From Eledone cirrhosa (Eukaryota): DNA of 64,000 bases. The position numbers and the translations under genes were made by a program. Shown here one piece after another: positions 1 to 11,340 of this stretch (positions are counted from its first letter, which is position 1; every line of letters starts with the position of its first letter). The stretch is taken from positions 90,272,001 to 90,336,000 of the forward strand of contig OZ024741.1 of NCBI GenBank assembly GCA_964016885.1, in the 5' to 3' direction. The notes under the pieces were generated by a model. It was given only the letters and a program-made list of their open reading frames with translations, had not been told where the DNA came from and searched no databases.

Positions 1-480
1 ACTCGTTGAGGGCCATCCTGTAATTAAGAAGAGTGATGCATGTGGGTGAACCTATACAATTCATAAAAAAAAAACTTTAAATGTTTCATCGCTCAACTAC
101 ATTGCACACATTCAAAGGCTCATCCTATTTGGAGACTTTTAGAAAAGTAAATGGAGCAGTTCTCAATATATATGAAACTTACCATCAGCTTGGATTACTT
201 GATAATTCACAGTGGGACAACTCTCTCCGGGAAACAGAAGCAATACTCTCCTCCGCAAGCACGGGAGCCCTATTCATAATCATGTTTGCAGTTTGGTCAG
301 CCCTGTTGAACTTGGCATGTCAGACGACACCTTAAAAAAACTTCAATTTGAAAATCCGACAATAAGATCACTTTTAATGATGTTTTGGTACGATTTGAAG
401 ACAACGTTATCAAACTCATTAGGAAAAAAAACAGTTGGATATCTCAACCAAATAGAAATTCGCCTAATTTTTCATTGTCA
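1..480 (+). mobile_element. Degenerate Helitron Rep/helicase coding fragment
   Basis: Translation ..G*TYTIH..LHTFKGSSYLETFRKVNGAVLNIYETYHQLGLLDNSQWDNSLRE..ALFIIM resembles the Helitron RepHel segment GRVYTVHP..LLHVKGPTSFEDLRTVNG..ACQALGLL..W..L.EA. It carries stops and frameshifts. Confidence 0.7.
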
Positions 481-671
481 GCATGGCCATGAAACCTTTC
501 ATAATATGCATTTGTTTACAATATAAGATGCCGCAAATAAAGCCAACGATATAATTAAGCCAACAACCTGATGATATAATTGTGAATGTCAATACAGATA
601 ATAATGAGGATTGTTATAATAGTAATAATAATGGTTTCTTTATTTATAATAATAATAATAATAATAACAAT

Positions 672-2199
672 GCTTTCTTTATTAATCACAAGGGTTTACA
701 CAAAGTAAGACATTAAGGGCAGTACAGGACAATACAGGACGGTACAAATGGGCATTTCTGCGTCTAAAAAAAATACAAAAACAGAGGATGTAACAAAAAA
801 AACAATGAAAAATTCCCCAATAGGGGGGAGACTTCCGAGGGCCATCGTGGAGAAAGCCCATTAAAAAAGCCGCGGTGACCCTGACCACCAGGGCAAGTGC
901 CCTCTCCCACTTTTCCACCTTCAATTTACAGGCACTTACTCAGAGTAGGCCCATTTACTCGGGCCATTCTTGCCTCTCTCACCCATCTTTCAACAAAATG
1001 CTGGGAAGAGAGCACTTCTCTCTAATTTTCCTTTTCAAATGAAATTTGAAAAAGTTAATCAGGGCATCACCGAAGAGGCAAGTGCTCATCTTCAGCCCTT
1101 TCAGACGCGTCCACCATACTATCTCTTTTGCCATGGCCACCAGACAGATAAAAACTTCACGATGGCCTCAGCTGATAGCCGGATCCGTCCTTCACGCGAC
1201 AGCAGGTGTTCAACATAAACCCACAAGACAGAAATGCTCGGACACTGGAAGAGTGCGTGCAGGACGGTTTCGTCGCCCTGTGCGCATCTCAGACATGCCC
1301 GGCTGACGGCACTTCCATGCCTGTAGAGTTTATCCCGAACTGGCAAAGCCCCTCGGTAGTACTGCCAGGCCAGGGATTTCTGGAAGTTGTCCATGACCCC
1401 GGCCCGAAAGTTCTTCCGAAGAGATTGGCTAGTTGATTTTCGTCGACGCCTAGAGTTTCCCCAAGTACGTCGTCGCTCTTTCCCTCCACTAATCCTCTAT
1501 AGAAATCCAAGGTGGAGTTTCCACCGATCACATTGCCCGACTGGTCGAGGGCTGTGAGCGCCTGAAGACATTCCAGTCTCCAAGCGCTCCCTCTCGGTCT
1601 TCGCTTGACCCAGGACTACAGCTCCGTCAAGGAGACGAGCTGGGGAAAGACGCATCTAGCAAACGGTGACCACACCTGATCACCGTCGAGGAAGAGGTGA
1701 TGTCGTCGTAGCCTGAGCGCGTGTCTGCGCATCATCAGCCACGGCATGCCCATCCCTCCACGTAGCGGGTGTTGACAGCAGATGGACCGCCTTACCATCG
1801 GAGCGCGTCCCTTCCACAAAAAGCGAAGGAGCAAACGCTCCAGCGCAGTCGTGCGAGGCTTAGGACAAGTCACGACGGTCAGGCGGTAGTAGATGACTGA
1901 CGCGATGTACGCATTCGCCAACTCCGCTCGACCTTCCAGGGATAGCTTCCTCTCTGCCCATTTCTGGGTGAGAGAAGCCACCCTGCTCGTCACCTCGTCC
2001 CAGTTTTTGTCCGTCTGGAGGTCCGGACCGAACCATACCCCTAGCAATTTAACCGGTCCGTCCGTCCAGCGCCCAACGACGCTGTTGGACAGCATGGACC
2101 TGCCTCTCCGGGTGCCGAGCTGCAGGCCCACCGACTTTTCCTGGTTGATCATTGCTCCTGTCACCGCCTCGTATTCTCTTAGTGTAGTGCCGATCGTCT
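672..2199 (-). mobile_element. 5'-truncated Tx1/L1-clade LINE (RT C-terminus, zinc finger, 3' UTR)
   Basis: ORFs 1616-2164 (INQEKS..VKLLGVWFG..WAERKLSLEGRAELANAYIASVIYY..PLRGGMGMP) and 1119-1394 (CLRCAQGDETVLHALFQCP). AATAAA on the - strand at 678-683 is followed by a (TTA)n tail. Confidence 0.85.
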
Positions 2200-2229
2200 A
2201 ATAATAATATATACATAGGTGAAATTCTA

Positions 2230-3060
2230 ATGATTTTACACAGTCATTACTGAATTTCATAAACCTGAATGTACTTGTTCAATGGATCGGATGTCTGCGA
2301 TGAGTGAAACCATAGCTGCATTCGACTTGAAAAGTGGTTTCTAATTGCTCACTGTTAAGTCAGGTCCCCTTGCATTGGACAAGCTGGGTCATGCGATGAT
2401 AGTTGTTGTACATTGCTGCAGTAAAGGACCGATACATGCTTTTATTTGTGGCGTATAATGCAGAAAGCTTTGTATCCAGGGAAGAATACTTCGCCTTAAC
2501 GTTTTTGGCTTGAAAAAGTTTGTAGGATTTATGTGTGGTTAGAAAGTGGGACTTTACGAGAGAACGCTCCAAGTAATATTTGTGGTGACGTCTAAATTGT
2601 GAGGGGTTTAAACCAGGTCACACTTCGCCATTTGGTTCTCCTTTAGTGCGAAGTAGGAAGGGAATTCTCCGTATATATTGACTTCTCACTAAAGTCACTC
2701 ATGGCTAGAGCCTCGTTCTATCTGGGAAAAAGTTGGAGACTCTCCTGCTTTTTCCTGATACTATATTCCTAATTGTAGCTGAGGGAGGGTTAACTGGAGT
2801 TCTTATTAATATATGCCTAGTTTGGTTCCATGTACAGCGATTGAAGTGCTTACCTGTGTAAAAATCTATTGTAACGTCTAAGAAATTAGCTATCGACATA
2901 TTAGTGGAGAAGCCTATCAGATCTTTTCTTCATCTCTCCAAGATGTGAGAGATTACAATGTCATAGAAAGCTAAGCAATCTGTACAAACCTTAGATAGCA
3001 CCGAGGATGCGCTTACTATGCATAATTCACTTTATAAACCCTACATAATGTATCGAGTGC
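2230..3060 (-). mobile_element. Degenerate Penelope-like element RT/thumb fragment
   Basis: ANFLDVTID..GK..NPPSATIRNIVSGKSRRVS and WFKP..HFLTTHKSYKLFQAKNVKAKYS match the PLE motifs NFLDV / HPPSIIKNIP..ISRRIS / WFNPP..KHF...HKL.KIFN..NVKVSYS. Confidence 0.75.
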
Positions 3061-3799
3061 GCTTTTCTTTCTATTTATGTCCATGTGCATGGGTGTCCTG
3101 TAAAAGATGAAATACTAAATACGAACAAGCCAATAGAAGTACTCGGCAAAGTTAAGCAAAATGAATGATGAAGACGAAGGGAGAAAATACTGAAGTGGTG
3201 TGTGAGGGGTGGGATAAACGAGAAGATACTATTACTACTACTACTGCTGCTGCACAGTTTTCTTTTTTTCTGCATTGTATTATTTTGATGTTTTTTCTTT
3301 CTTTCTGCTGACATCAAAACCCCCCTCTCCCACTCGATACTAACAATGATGGAGGCCTCAATTGATGTATGAACAAAATAAATAAATAAATAGATAGATA
3401 GATAATATGATACACATGTGCAGTGCTTCACAATATATAGCTTCACTCAACTATACACGAGGAAGTTATTACAATTAGGCGACATTCCACATTGAGTTTC
3501 CTTGTGGAAGGAAGCTTTTGAAGCATATTCAAGCTGTTAGAAATTTCGTGTAAAACATCGGTCACACTGGAAAGGCTATGGCAAGAGTGCGTGGAAGTGA
3601 TAGAGAACTATAGAGTATTTTTTTAATTTCTCGCTGTAACACGTCTTTATGGAAAGTGGATGGTAAGTGTGTGTGCGAATTGAAAAAAAAAATCCTGAAC
3701 GATTATATATATATATTTGTAACGCTACACTTCACCAGTTGCAGACTGCGCATCAAAATGAGATATTTTTCTCCACAAAGTTCGATCACCAGCAGCAGA

Positions 3800-4090
3800 G
3801 TTTAGAGAGCAAAGATCAAGTACAGTCCATAAGTTTACATTATCAAACCATCGTTTTGGAGCCGGCTTATGCTTCTCTTACCAGCTAACCTTCCTTCCAG
3901 GCATAACCTACTCACACCACGAGTTGATCTTTTTATATGACCGTATAGTTTCAGTAGTCTTGACTTGCCAATTGATGTAATTGGTCTAAGTTTGGTAATG
4001 TTGAGCAGCTCACTGATACAGATACGGTCACTGAGCCGCTTGCCAGTCATAAGTCTCATGATGTGGTTCTGAAATGTAGAGAGCTTCTAA
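3800..4090 (-). mobile_element. RTE LINE 3' fragment
   Basis: ITSIGKSRLLKLYGHIKRS..LCLEGRLAGKRSISR resembles the RTE ORF C-terminus (RLRWFGHI.R..GKR..GRP). Confidence 0.7.
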
Positions 4091-4239
4091 ATATTGATTT
4101 TTGTTTAATACTTATGGTTGATTTTAGTTAAACCATGGGATTTCTACAGGGTCAGCTAGAATTAATAATAATTTTACCCACTCTGCATTTAGAATCATTA
4201 CTTCTATGTGCTCTTGTTTTAACGAATTCATATTTGGTA

Positions 4240-4715
4240 AATGATACGAGGAACTGCGTCAGTGACTTGGCCGCCCACTTCCGCGTGTGTGAACCACACA
4301 AATGCTGTTGTGCGGCTGTCATCGACGAGTTTGGCTTGCACCCACAGTCATATCGTCAGAGCGATGGCCAGTTCCCCCTACATATTATGAAGGGCCCTGT
4401 GTGCAGCTGGCTTCCCATCACAACTGCAGCCAGCAAGCCTCGACTGCTGAGACGGCATGCGCTCCGACAGAATTACCCCCTTACCATTCGAAGGAGGTAA
4501 ATCCCTCATCCGGGGCGCGACATGCTGTAATACATTTTCTGCCTTCAGCTTAGTTACTTCAGCCACAAAACTCTGTACCGCGGCCCGCAATGCAGAGGAC
4601 AGGAAGACAAGCAAATACTGGGGGTTGTTAGGCTGCTTCCTCTTTCTTTGCACCGGTTGCCGTCGAGACCTCAGTCGTCATTGGAACGTCAGCAGCCCGT
4701 TTGAGAAAGGAGCAC
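4240..4715 (+). mobile_element. CRE-clade (restriction-like endonuclease) non-LTR retrotransposon C-terminal fragment
   Basis: VCEPHKCCCAAVIDEFGLHPQSYRQSDGQFPLH then RSDRITPLPFEGGKSLIRGATCCNTFS..AARNAEDRKTSKY matches the zinc knuckle plus RPDG...GK.L.WDATC.DT..AE.RK..KY endonuclease motif. Confidence 0.75.
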
Positions 4716-4722
4716 CACGAAG

Positions 4723-5127
4723 TAGGGTGGATGCCATGCTTTCTAGCATAGTTACGTCCCTTTACAGTCTGAGTTCAAATCCCGCCAAGGTTAACTTTGC
4801 CTTTCATCCTTACGGGGTCGATAAAATAAAGTACCAGTAATGTACTGGGTAATTGCTGGCCTTGTGCCAATAGTAGAAACAATTATTTAATGAGTCTGAA
4901 GGACGGTGGATTGGCAGTATCGGTAGAGGGTCAGACGCCATGATTTGCCGCATAGAGTTACGGCCCCTTATGATCTGAGTTCAAATATCGCCGAGGTTAA
5001 CTTTGCCTTTCATCCTTACGGTGTCGATAAAATAAAGTACCAGTCACGCACTGGGGTCAATTTCATCGACTCCCCCACCCCCCAAAAAAAATTTTGTTGG
5101 CCTTGTGCCTATATAAGAAACCATTAT
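4723..5127 (+). mobile_element. Two adjacent tRNA-derived SINEs (family A, Meta-domain-like core)
   Basis: Copies at ~4723-4887 and ~4903-5127. A box TGGCAGTATCGG, B box GAGTTCAAAT, core TTTGCCTTTCATCCTTACGGGGTCGATAAAATAAAGTACCAG, tail GGCCTTGTGCC..AGAAAC.ATTATT. Confidence 0.9.
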
Positions 5128-5208
5128 TTAATGATTCTGAGGGATTAAATACAGAGGAATAAAATGCTACTTCCCTCTATTTGAAAGAAACGTGCGTAAA
5201 TCTATTAA

Positions 5209-5309
5209 ATAATTGTTTCCACTTTAGGCACAAGGCCAGCAATTACCCAGTGTATTACTGGTACTTTATTTTATCGACCCTGTAAGGATGAAAGGCAAAG
5301 TCAACCTCG
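5209..5309 (-). mobile_element. 5'-truncated family A SINE with 19-bp TSD
   Basis: Core and tail only. Flanked by the direct repeat CGTAAATCTATTAAATAAT at 5195-5213 and 5308-5326. Confidence 0.85.
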
Positions 5310-5369
5310 TAAATCTATTAAATAATGTAATTAAGCCCTGGTTATTTATTTATTCCTTATATATATAAG

Positions 5370-5572
5370 GGTAAAGACACCCCATCCCTTTCGATCACGA
5401 ATGACCATGGAATTTGCACCTAGAATGTTCCCCTCTGAGGCCAAGTCCGGGTAAGGTTGTTTGTGGAAGACAGCAGTCGCCCATGCATACCCACCGATGT
5501 TCTCCAAGTGCAATTTGGCACCAGTGACATCGCAACTCATTTCTACAGCTGAGCAAACTGGTGACGTGAAAC
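5370..5572 (-). mobile_element. SINE family B 3' part
   Basis: Near-identical to 45830-46075 (GGTAAAGAC..CACGAAT.ACCATG..TTTGCACCTAGAA..CAGCAGTCGCCCATGCATACC..CGCAACTCATTTCTACAGCTGAG). Confidence 0.75.
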
Positions 5573-6304
5573 AAAGGACCTTTCCGACGGAATTACTTCA
5601 TTTATACAGCTTCAACCGGGATTGATTGAAGCATATTCTATATTACATATATGATTGGCACTTTCCAACCCGACTAGTTGAGCACTCTACAGTTTTCAGG
5701 AATTTAACATAACTATATATATATATATAGGATTTTATGTTTGTGTATACATACAAACAATAAATGTGTGTTTGCATAGATACATTTGCAGATACAGTTG
5801 AACAAAAAAAAAAAAGAAAAAATCATGACAGGTGTAAAACTTGCACATGCAGACATACATTCGTATACTCACCCACGCACTAATATGTATGTTTGTTAAG
5901 AACGTGGAGCAACAAATACACGACTTCGATAAACTATCGTTATAAACATATACACTCACATACACAACCAGTACTGCGAAGCTTCTGCTGCTCCATTCAC
6001 AGCAGGTGGAGGTGTGTATGGTGGAAGAGGAGGTGGTGTTCATTAGAGTATTATTAAGTGCATAAGGTGACTCGGTACACTTTCGCATAAAAACAACAAA
6101 CAGCCAGAAGGAAACTAGTGAAAAGTAGTGTGTGAATGTGCGTAAAACGATATAGCTACGTTAACCGAGAAATGTGCAAATAGTGTATTTGTATGTGTGT
6201 GGGTGTATGAATGAATGCCTGTTAATGTACTTGCAAAAGAAGTACTGTAAGACTATTTAACGTTTAAAAGCATGCATGTGCGTGCGAATATGTATGTGCG
6301 TGCA

Positions 6305-6545
6305 AGTGCGTAGCTTACTGGTTAGGGTGTTCGTTCCACGATCATAATGTCGCATATGCGAAATTCCTGGCAGAGCGTTGTGTCCTTGAGTAAGATATTT
6401 TAATTCACGTTGCTTCAGACTACTCAGCTGGAAAGAAATATGTTGAACCTTTTTTGCACATTGTCACACTGAATCACATTGAGAATTACATTTAGGGTAC
6501 TAGTGTTTATAACATGCTCATCCACTTACTCGTTAATTTCACTGT
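6305..6545 (+). mobile_element. Degenerate tRNA-derived SINE family B (CORE-like)
   Basis: GCTTA.TGGTTAGGGTGTTCG head, then GTGTCCTTGAG.AAGA.A.TT..TTCACGTTGCT.CAG..ACTCAGCTG. Similar to 46146-46420 and 37443-37561. Confidence 0.7.
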
Positions 6546-7065
6546 AAGAGATTCTGTCCACATTTCCGTCTCAATGGGTCCCAATATAATTTCAACTATT
6601 TTATAGTTAAAATTATACGTTTTCGGTAGTTTTGCATAAAGTAAAACATTATATAGGGAATTTAGATTATTTTAATGAATTTATACTTCTTTTTCTCTCG
6701 AATAAAGGTAGGGAATTGGCAGAGTTGTCAGACCGCCGTAAAGATTGTTTAGCTGCATTAGTTCAAATTCTACTGAAGTCAACTTTGCTTTTACCTTTCC
6801 GTGGTCGATAAAGAATCAGTCAAGAACTGAGGACGAGCACCCATCTCCACTCAATCGGCTATGGTATGCCGGGTAATCTGGTGTCCTTCAGTATCGTCAC
6901 ACTTTGAGATATAATATAAATTTCGTTGTTTCTAGGATTTTGGGAAGAGACATATATATATAGTAATATTTTCAATTTTTGTATGTTTCTTTTCTTTTTT
7001 TTTTTGTTTGTCTTATCCGAATATCAATTGCCTTCACTTGTTGCATTCCATTATTATGTACCAGA

Positions 7066-7320
7066 GGGCGGTGGATTGGCAGTATCGGTAGAGGGTTGGA
7101 CGCCATGCTTTGCAGCACAGTTACGTCCCTTTACGGACTGAGTTCAAATCCCGCTGAGGTTAACTTTGCCTTTCATCCTTACGGGGTCGATAAAATAAAC
7201 TACCAGTAATACACTGGGATAATTTATGGCCTTGTGCCAAAAGTATAAACAATTATATATGTACCAGTAATACACTGGGATAATTTATGGCCTTGTGCCA
7301 AAAGTAGAAACAATTATATA
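7066..7320 (+). mobile_element. Full-length family A SINE with tandemly duplicated 3' tail
   Basis: Starts GGCGGTGGATTGGCAGTATCGG. The tail TACCAGTAATACACTGGGATAATTTATGGCCTTGTGCCAAAAGTA.AAACAATTATATA occurs twice (~7201-7259 and ~7262-7320). Confidence 0.9.
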
Positions 7321-7329
7321 TTAAGAATG

Positions 7330-9360
7330 GTTAATAATGTTCGTTGGGGAGTATTTCTTGGAGTCGGATGTCATGAGTGTTTATATCGGGCATAAATTGT
7401 TTTTTTCCTTTTTTGCCAACTTATATGGTAAATTTATATTAATGTTTGTTTGAAGTCTGTGGTTTTGTAATATATATCTGTTTCTATTAAGTTGTTGACT
7501 TTATTAAGATATCTAAGAATGACAGTTCCTCTTGACTGTATTCCGTTGTAAATTGTATATTATTGTTTATATCATTGAGTGTAATTTATTTAATTCACTA
7601 AGTCTCAAATATTTTTGCTGTTCTAAAATTTCTTTAAAATAAACTCACGTTATATTTGGAAGCCTCCTCCCCTGTGTTTATCATCAGAACTATGCCGCCA
7701 GCAAATTCAGCATCTGATATCTTTTTAGCCTTAACTCTCCTGCTCTGAGCCAGTGCTACAGTAAAGCCCGAGTCCTAGTGTTTCTGCAGTGCAAGGCACA
7801 TACAATAGTCCACTGCGATGATAAAAAGGTAGGGATGAAAACCATGACAGCAGGAAGGCTCTTTGCTCTAGCGCCTTCTAAAATTCTCCTCGGCATCAGG
7901 ATGTGACTGGTGGTTGATCTTCCCTCTCTGAAGCCGTTCTGGTTCTCCCCGAGCTTCTCCATCTCGGGCTGGATCCTGTTAAGAATGATCCTGTTGAGGG
8001 TCTTTGCCAAATGTGACGTTAGTGAGATCCCCCTGTAGTTGTTGGTGTTAGAGAGATCTCCCTTCTTTGGAACTGGGACAATGTTACTGATCCTCCACTG
8101 ATTCAGGGCAACTCCCTTCTCCAGTGCCTGGTTACAGAACTTCAGGATGATATCATCAAAATCACACCTCTTCATCACCTCTGATGCAACTCCATCTTCT
8201 CCATGGGCCTTGCCCTCCTTGATCTTCTTCTTGGCTCTCTGAAGCTCCTCTCTGGAAAAGGGTCCTATCTCAATATCCAGTTCCTCAAACAATTATCTGA
8301 TCTCCCCAGTGTTCTGGGCTGTGGAAGTAATTATGTGACAATCACAGCGAAGGAGACAGAAGGAGCTGATGCAGGAGGTGGAGACTGTGTCGATGAGTAT
8401 GGGGCTGAGAATAAATGAGGGTAAGACGAAGTATCTTGTAGAGAACATTAAGAAGCCAGAGAAGATTGGAAACCGTTAGAGTTGGTTCAGGACTTCCTGT
8501 ATCTGGGAGCAAAGATTGGGAACATAGAGCATGATGTGGTGGAGATGAAGAGCAAAGCCTGGGAGGCACGTCACAGTTTGAGGTCGGTGTGGAAGTCAGA
8601 CCTTCGTAACGACCTGAAGATCCGCCTCTTCGTCGTTACAGCGGAGTCTGTGCTGCTGTACAGGTATGAGACTTGGACACTGACTAAAAAACTCACTCAG
8701 ATGGTGGATGAGTGCTACACGAGAATGCTAAGGATGGCACTGAAGATTAATCAGTATACACTGAGGATTAACAATTCCGAGCTGTACGGGAGTCTCCCAA
8801 AAGTCAGCTCGAAAGTAACACAGAGGAGACTGAGCTTAGCTGGACATGCTCACCGACATTAAGAGTTGACACTGCACTTAGTGGTCCTGTGGAAGCCCCT
8901 ACACGGACACATTAGAAGAGGGAGATCGAGGGTGACATATATTGATGCTCTAAGAACAGACACTGGTCTCTGGGAAACGCAGGACATGGCGGCGATGATG
9001 AAGGACAAAGACCGTTGGAGAGAACTCGTCCATGGATCTCGGGAATTTTACCCACCCTAGATATTTGGAGCTTTCGTGGCAGAACTTTAGGTTGTCCGTT
9101 CAATCACTTTTCATTTGGGTATTTTCCAAAATGCGATTTTCCTTTCAGTGAGGTTTTTCTTCCATTGGTGACCTATGTGATGTTTTGGTGCCGTTTGGGA
9201 TATATTTTATCATGTCACCAGGTTTTATTTTAAGGTAGATGCCGTAACATAGTGTTTGATATTCTCTGAGTTTGGGAAGCAGTTTTAATGACTATATTAA
9301 CACTTATGGGTGTTTTAAGTCTTTTAACCAACATTTACTATATAGTATTTGATACAAAAT
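7330..9360 (-). mobile_element. Old Penelope-like element fragment interrupted by an RTE insertion
   Basis: The flanks 7330-7650 (NI..PYKLAKR, compare PLE NIPYNLARRI) and 9070-9360 (..NGTK.., compare PLE MGTK) read as a degenerate PLE RT on the - strand. Confidence 0.5.
7661..9060. mobile_element. RTE LINE with 5' inversion and 9-bp TSD
   Basis: 7661-~8335 encodes the RT N-part on - (PKKGDLSNTNNYRGISL..QNGFREGRSTT..). ~8345-9060 encodes the continuing C-part on + (FLYLGA..LLYRYETWTLTK..LAGHAHRH). ATATTTGGA flanks it at 7652-7660 and 9061-9069. Confidence 0.9.
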
Positions 9361-10574
9361 ATAAACTTACTGAACTGCACAAGCACGGTCAACTGCTCAT
9401 TAATCTAATCACTGCAGGTTTCGTTGTTTTTGGAATTACACTTGTTCAGATTTAAAAAAAGAAAAAAAAAAGAAAAGATTCGATTGTTCCGCATAATATC
9501 CCCAAATTTTCGGTAATTTGTTAAGCAGTGTCTTTTTCTCTTCATTATTCCCTCGAGTTACGGTCAATCAAGTATGTTCATTATTGTTACGAATCTTCTT
9601 TACCAATTTCTTCATATGTAACAATATTTGGTGTAACTTTTTTGGTGGCATTTTCTGTTCCACATAGGGTACGTAATAAACATTCCATACGAGTTAGTTT
9701 ATACTGAAACGAGGTAGCCCTACAGCAGTGTACAGTGGAATATATATATGAAGCAGTCCTAACATAATCTACTCTTACACAGTTTGATTTAAAGATTTAC
9801 CAGTAACATTCTTCAATTCTATTTCTTGTATCATTTTACACATACCGACCACTTATTGACAGACCCTTGACCTTCCTTAATGGATTCAGTTGTAAATTAC
9901 CACACACACTACACACACAGACACAGACAGACAAACAGACAGACAGAGTTTCGTCTTCTTTTCTGTCATGTAACTCTTTATTTCTCTTTCTCAACCACTC
10001 TTCCATTTGTTTTGCTCCGTTCTCTCCTCAACCTCTCTTGGTTATTATTGGCTTTCTTTTTTCCGCTAATCTCTCTCTTATTTGCTACCGCATACTCCTT
10101 TTAATACGATTTCCCACTCTCTTCCTTACTTCATTTCCACTCCCTACCTACTCGATCACATGTTAATACCTATAACAGGAAGAACAATACCACTACAACG
10201 ACCACCAGAAGTGTAAGTCCTCTCTTCCAATGTAGGAAGTTAATCTCTAGCCCAGAAAGTTCTAAAATAAATGTCAATAATCATTATATTCTCCTTTCTT
10301 CTTCAACATCGTTTTTCATCTTTGGTGGCAGCGGTGTCAGTTGATGTCCGGGGTGGTGGTTGCAGCAGATGTGGTTATTGTACGTGGTGGTTGGAAACAG
10401 TGGTTATTGTCCGTGATGGTGTTGGTGGTGGTGGTGACGCTTGTCATTCGTGGTGGTTGTGGTGGTATTGGCAGCGGCGGTTATCGTCCGTGGTGGTGGT
10501 GGCAACATTAGTGGGGTTTCGCGTCCGTGTTGTAGAAGAGGCGACGGTTGCCATGATAGTGGTGGTAGCAGTGG

Positions 10575-10660
10575 ACTTAGCATGGCCGAATGGCTAAGAG
10601 ATTTGCTTTGTAAACATCAAGTCGTGGGTTCCATCTCACTCTCTGACATATTGGGCAATT
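10575..10660 (+). mobile_element. Degenerate tRNA-derived SINE head
   Basis: TGGCCGAATGG (A box) ... GGGTTCCATCTC (B-box-like) ... TTGGGCAA. Confidence 0.45.
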
Positions 10661-10899
10661 AGCATAACGTCAGACCAACCTAAGCCTTGAAATCGGGCAA
10701 ATGAAAGCCCCTTAAATGAATTGAATATGCCTCTGTATATATATTTGTTTGTAGATGACCTTTCTGGGAGTAGCAATGTTTCTGAAGAGCGGAATTTACT
10801 GCAGACACAAACTGTGTCCAAATGGGATGTCCAATTTTTCTCTGTGTCAATGTGTGGTCTGTGTACATATTTGTCATGAGCAGAGTGCACAATTATTGT

Positions 10900-11340
10900 G
10901 GGGAGATCAGGAGCCTAAGTAGGATCAAACATAGTTTATAGTGGATTCAATGTATTGTTTGTATACCATTGTTGTTATTTCTTTCTGTTGACTAAATGTG
11001 GAGCCTGTGCTAGTTCTAAGTATGTTTGTATATTGCTTTGCTTTCTTCACTGCGTTCTGTGTTGTGAATCATATGATGTTGTTTGTAACTCCTTGTGTGT
11101 GTATGTGTATTGTAAGCTTTAATTATATATGGTTTTGCTGGCAGAAAGGAGATTTTGTGAGTGTTACATTACGTATGTTGTGGAGACAGGTTTTTGTGAT
11201 TTATGTAGGGTTTGAGTTATAGTTTGGCTCTACTTGCAGAATGATGGAGTTGTGTGAATGTGATATCATCTGCATAAGAGGCTGAGTGTTTTGATGAGAT
11301 CATATTGGTACAAGTTAAAAAGAATGGGTGAGAAATTAAA
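10900..11340 (-). mobile_element. I/Jockey-group LINE RT fragment
   Basis: The - strand gives SPILFNLY..SYADDIT and KAKQYTNILRTSTGSTFSQQKEITTMVYKQYI, with many stops. Confidence 0.6.

Noticed and set aside
565-600. CTGATGA motif (also ~45571 and CTGAAGA at ~36678)
   Set aside because: No properly placed stem II, GAAA, stem III and stem I complement.
7066-7160. tRNA-like sequences with A and B boxes (many copies)
   Set aside because: They are SINE heads attached to a core and tail, with no proper anticodon arm, so they are not tRNA genes.
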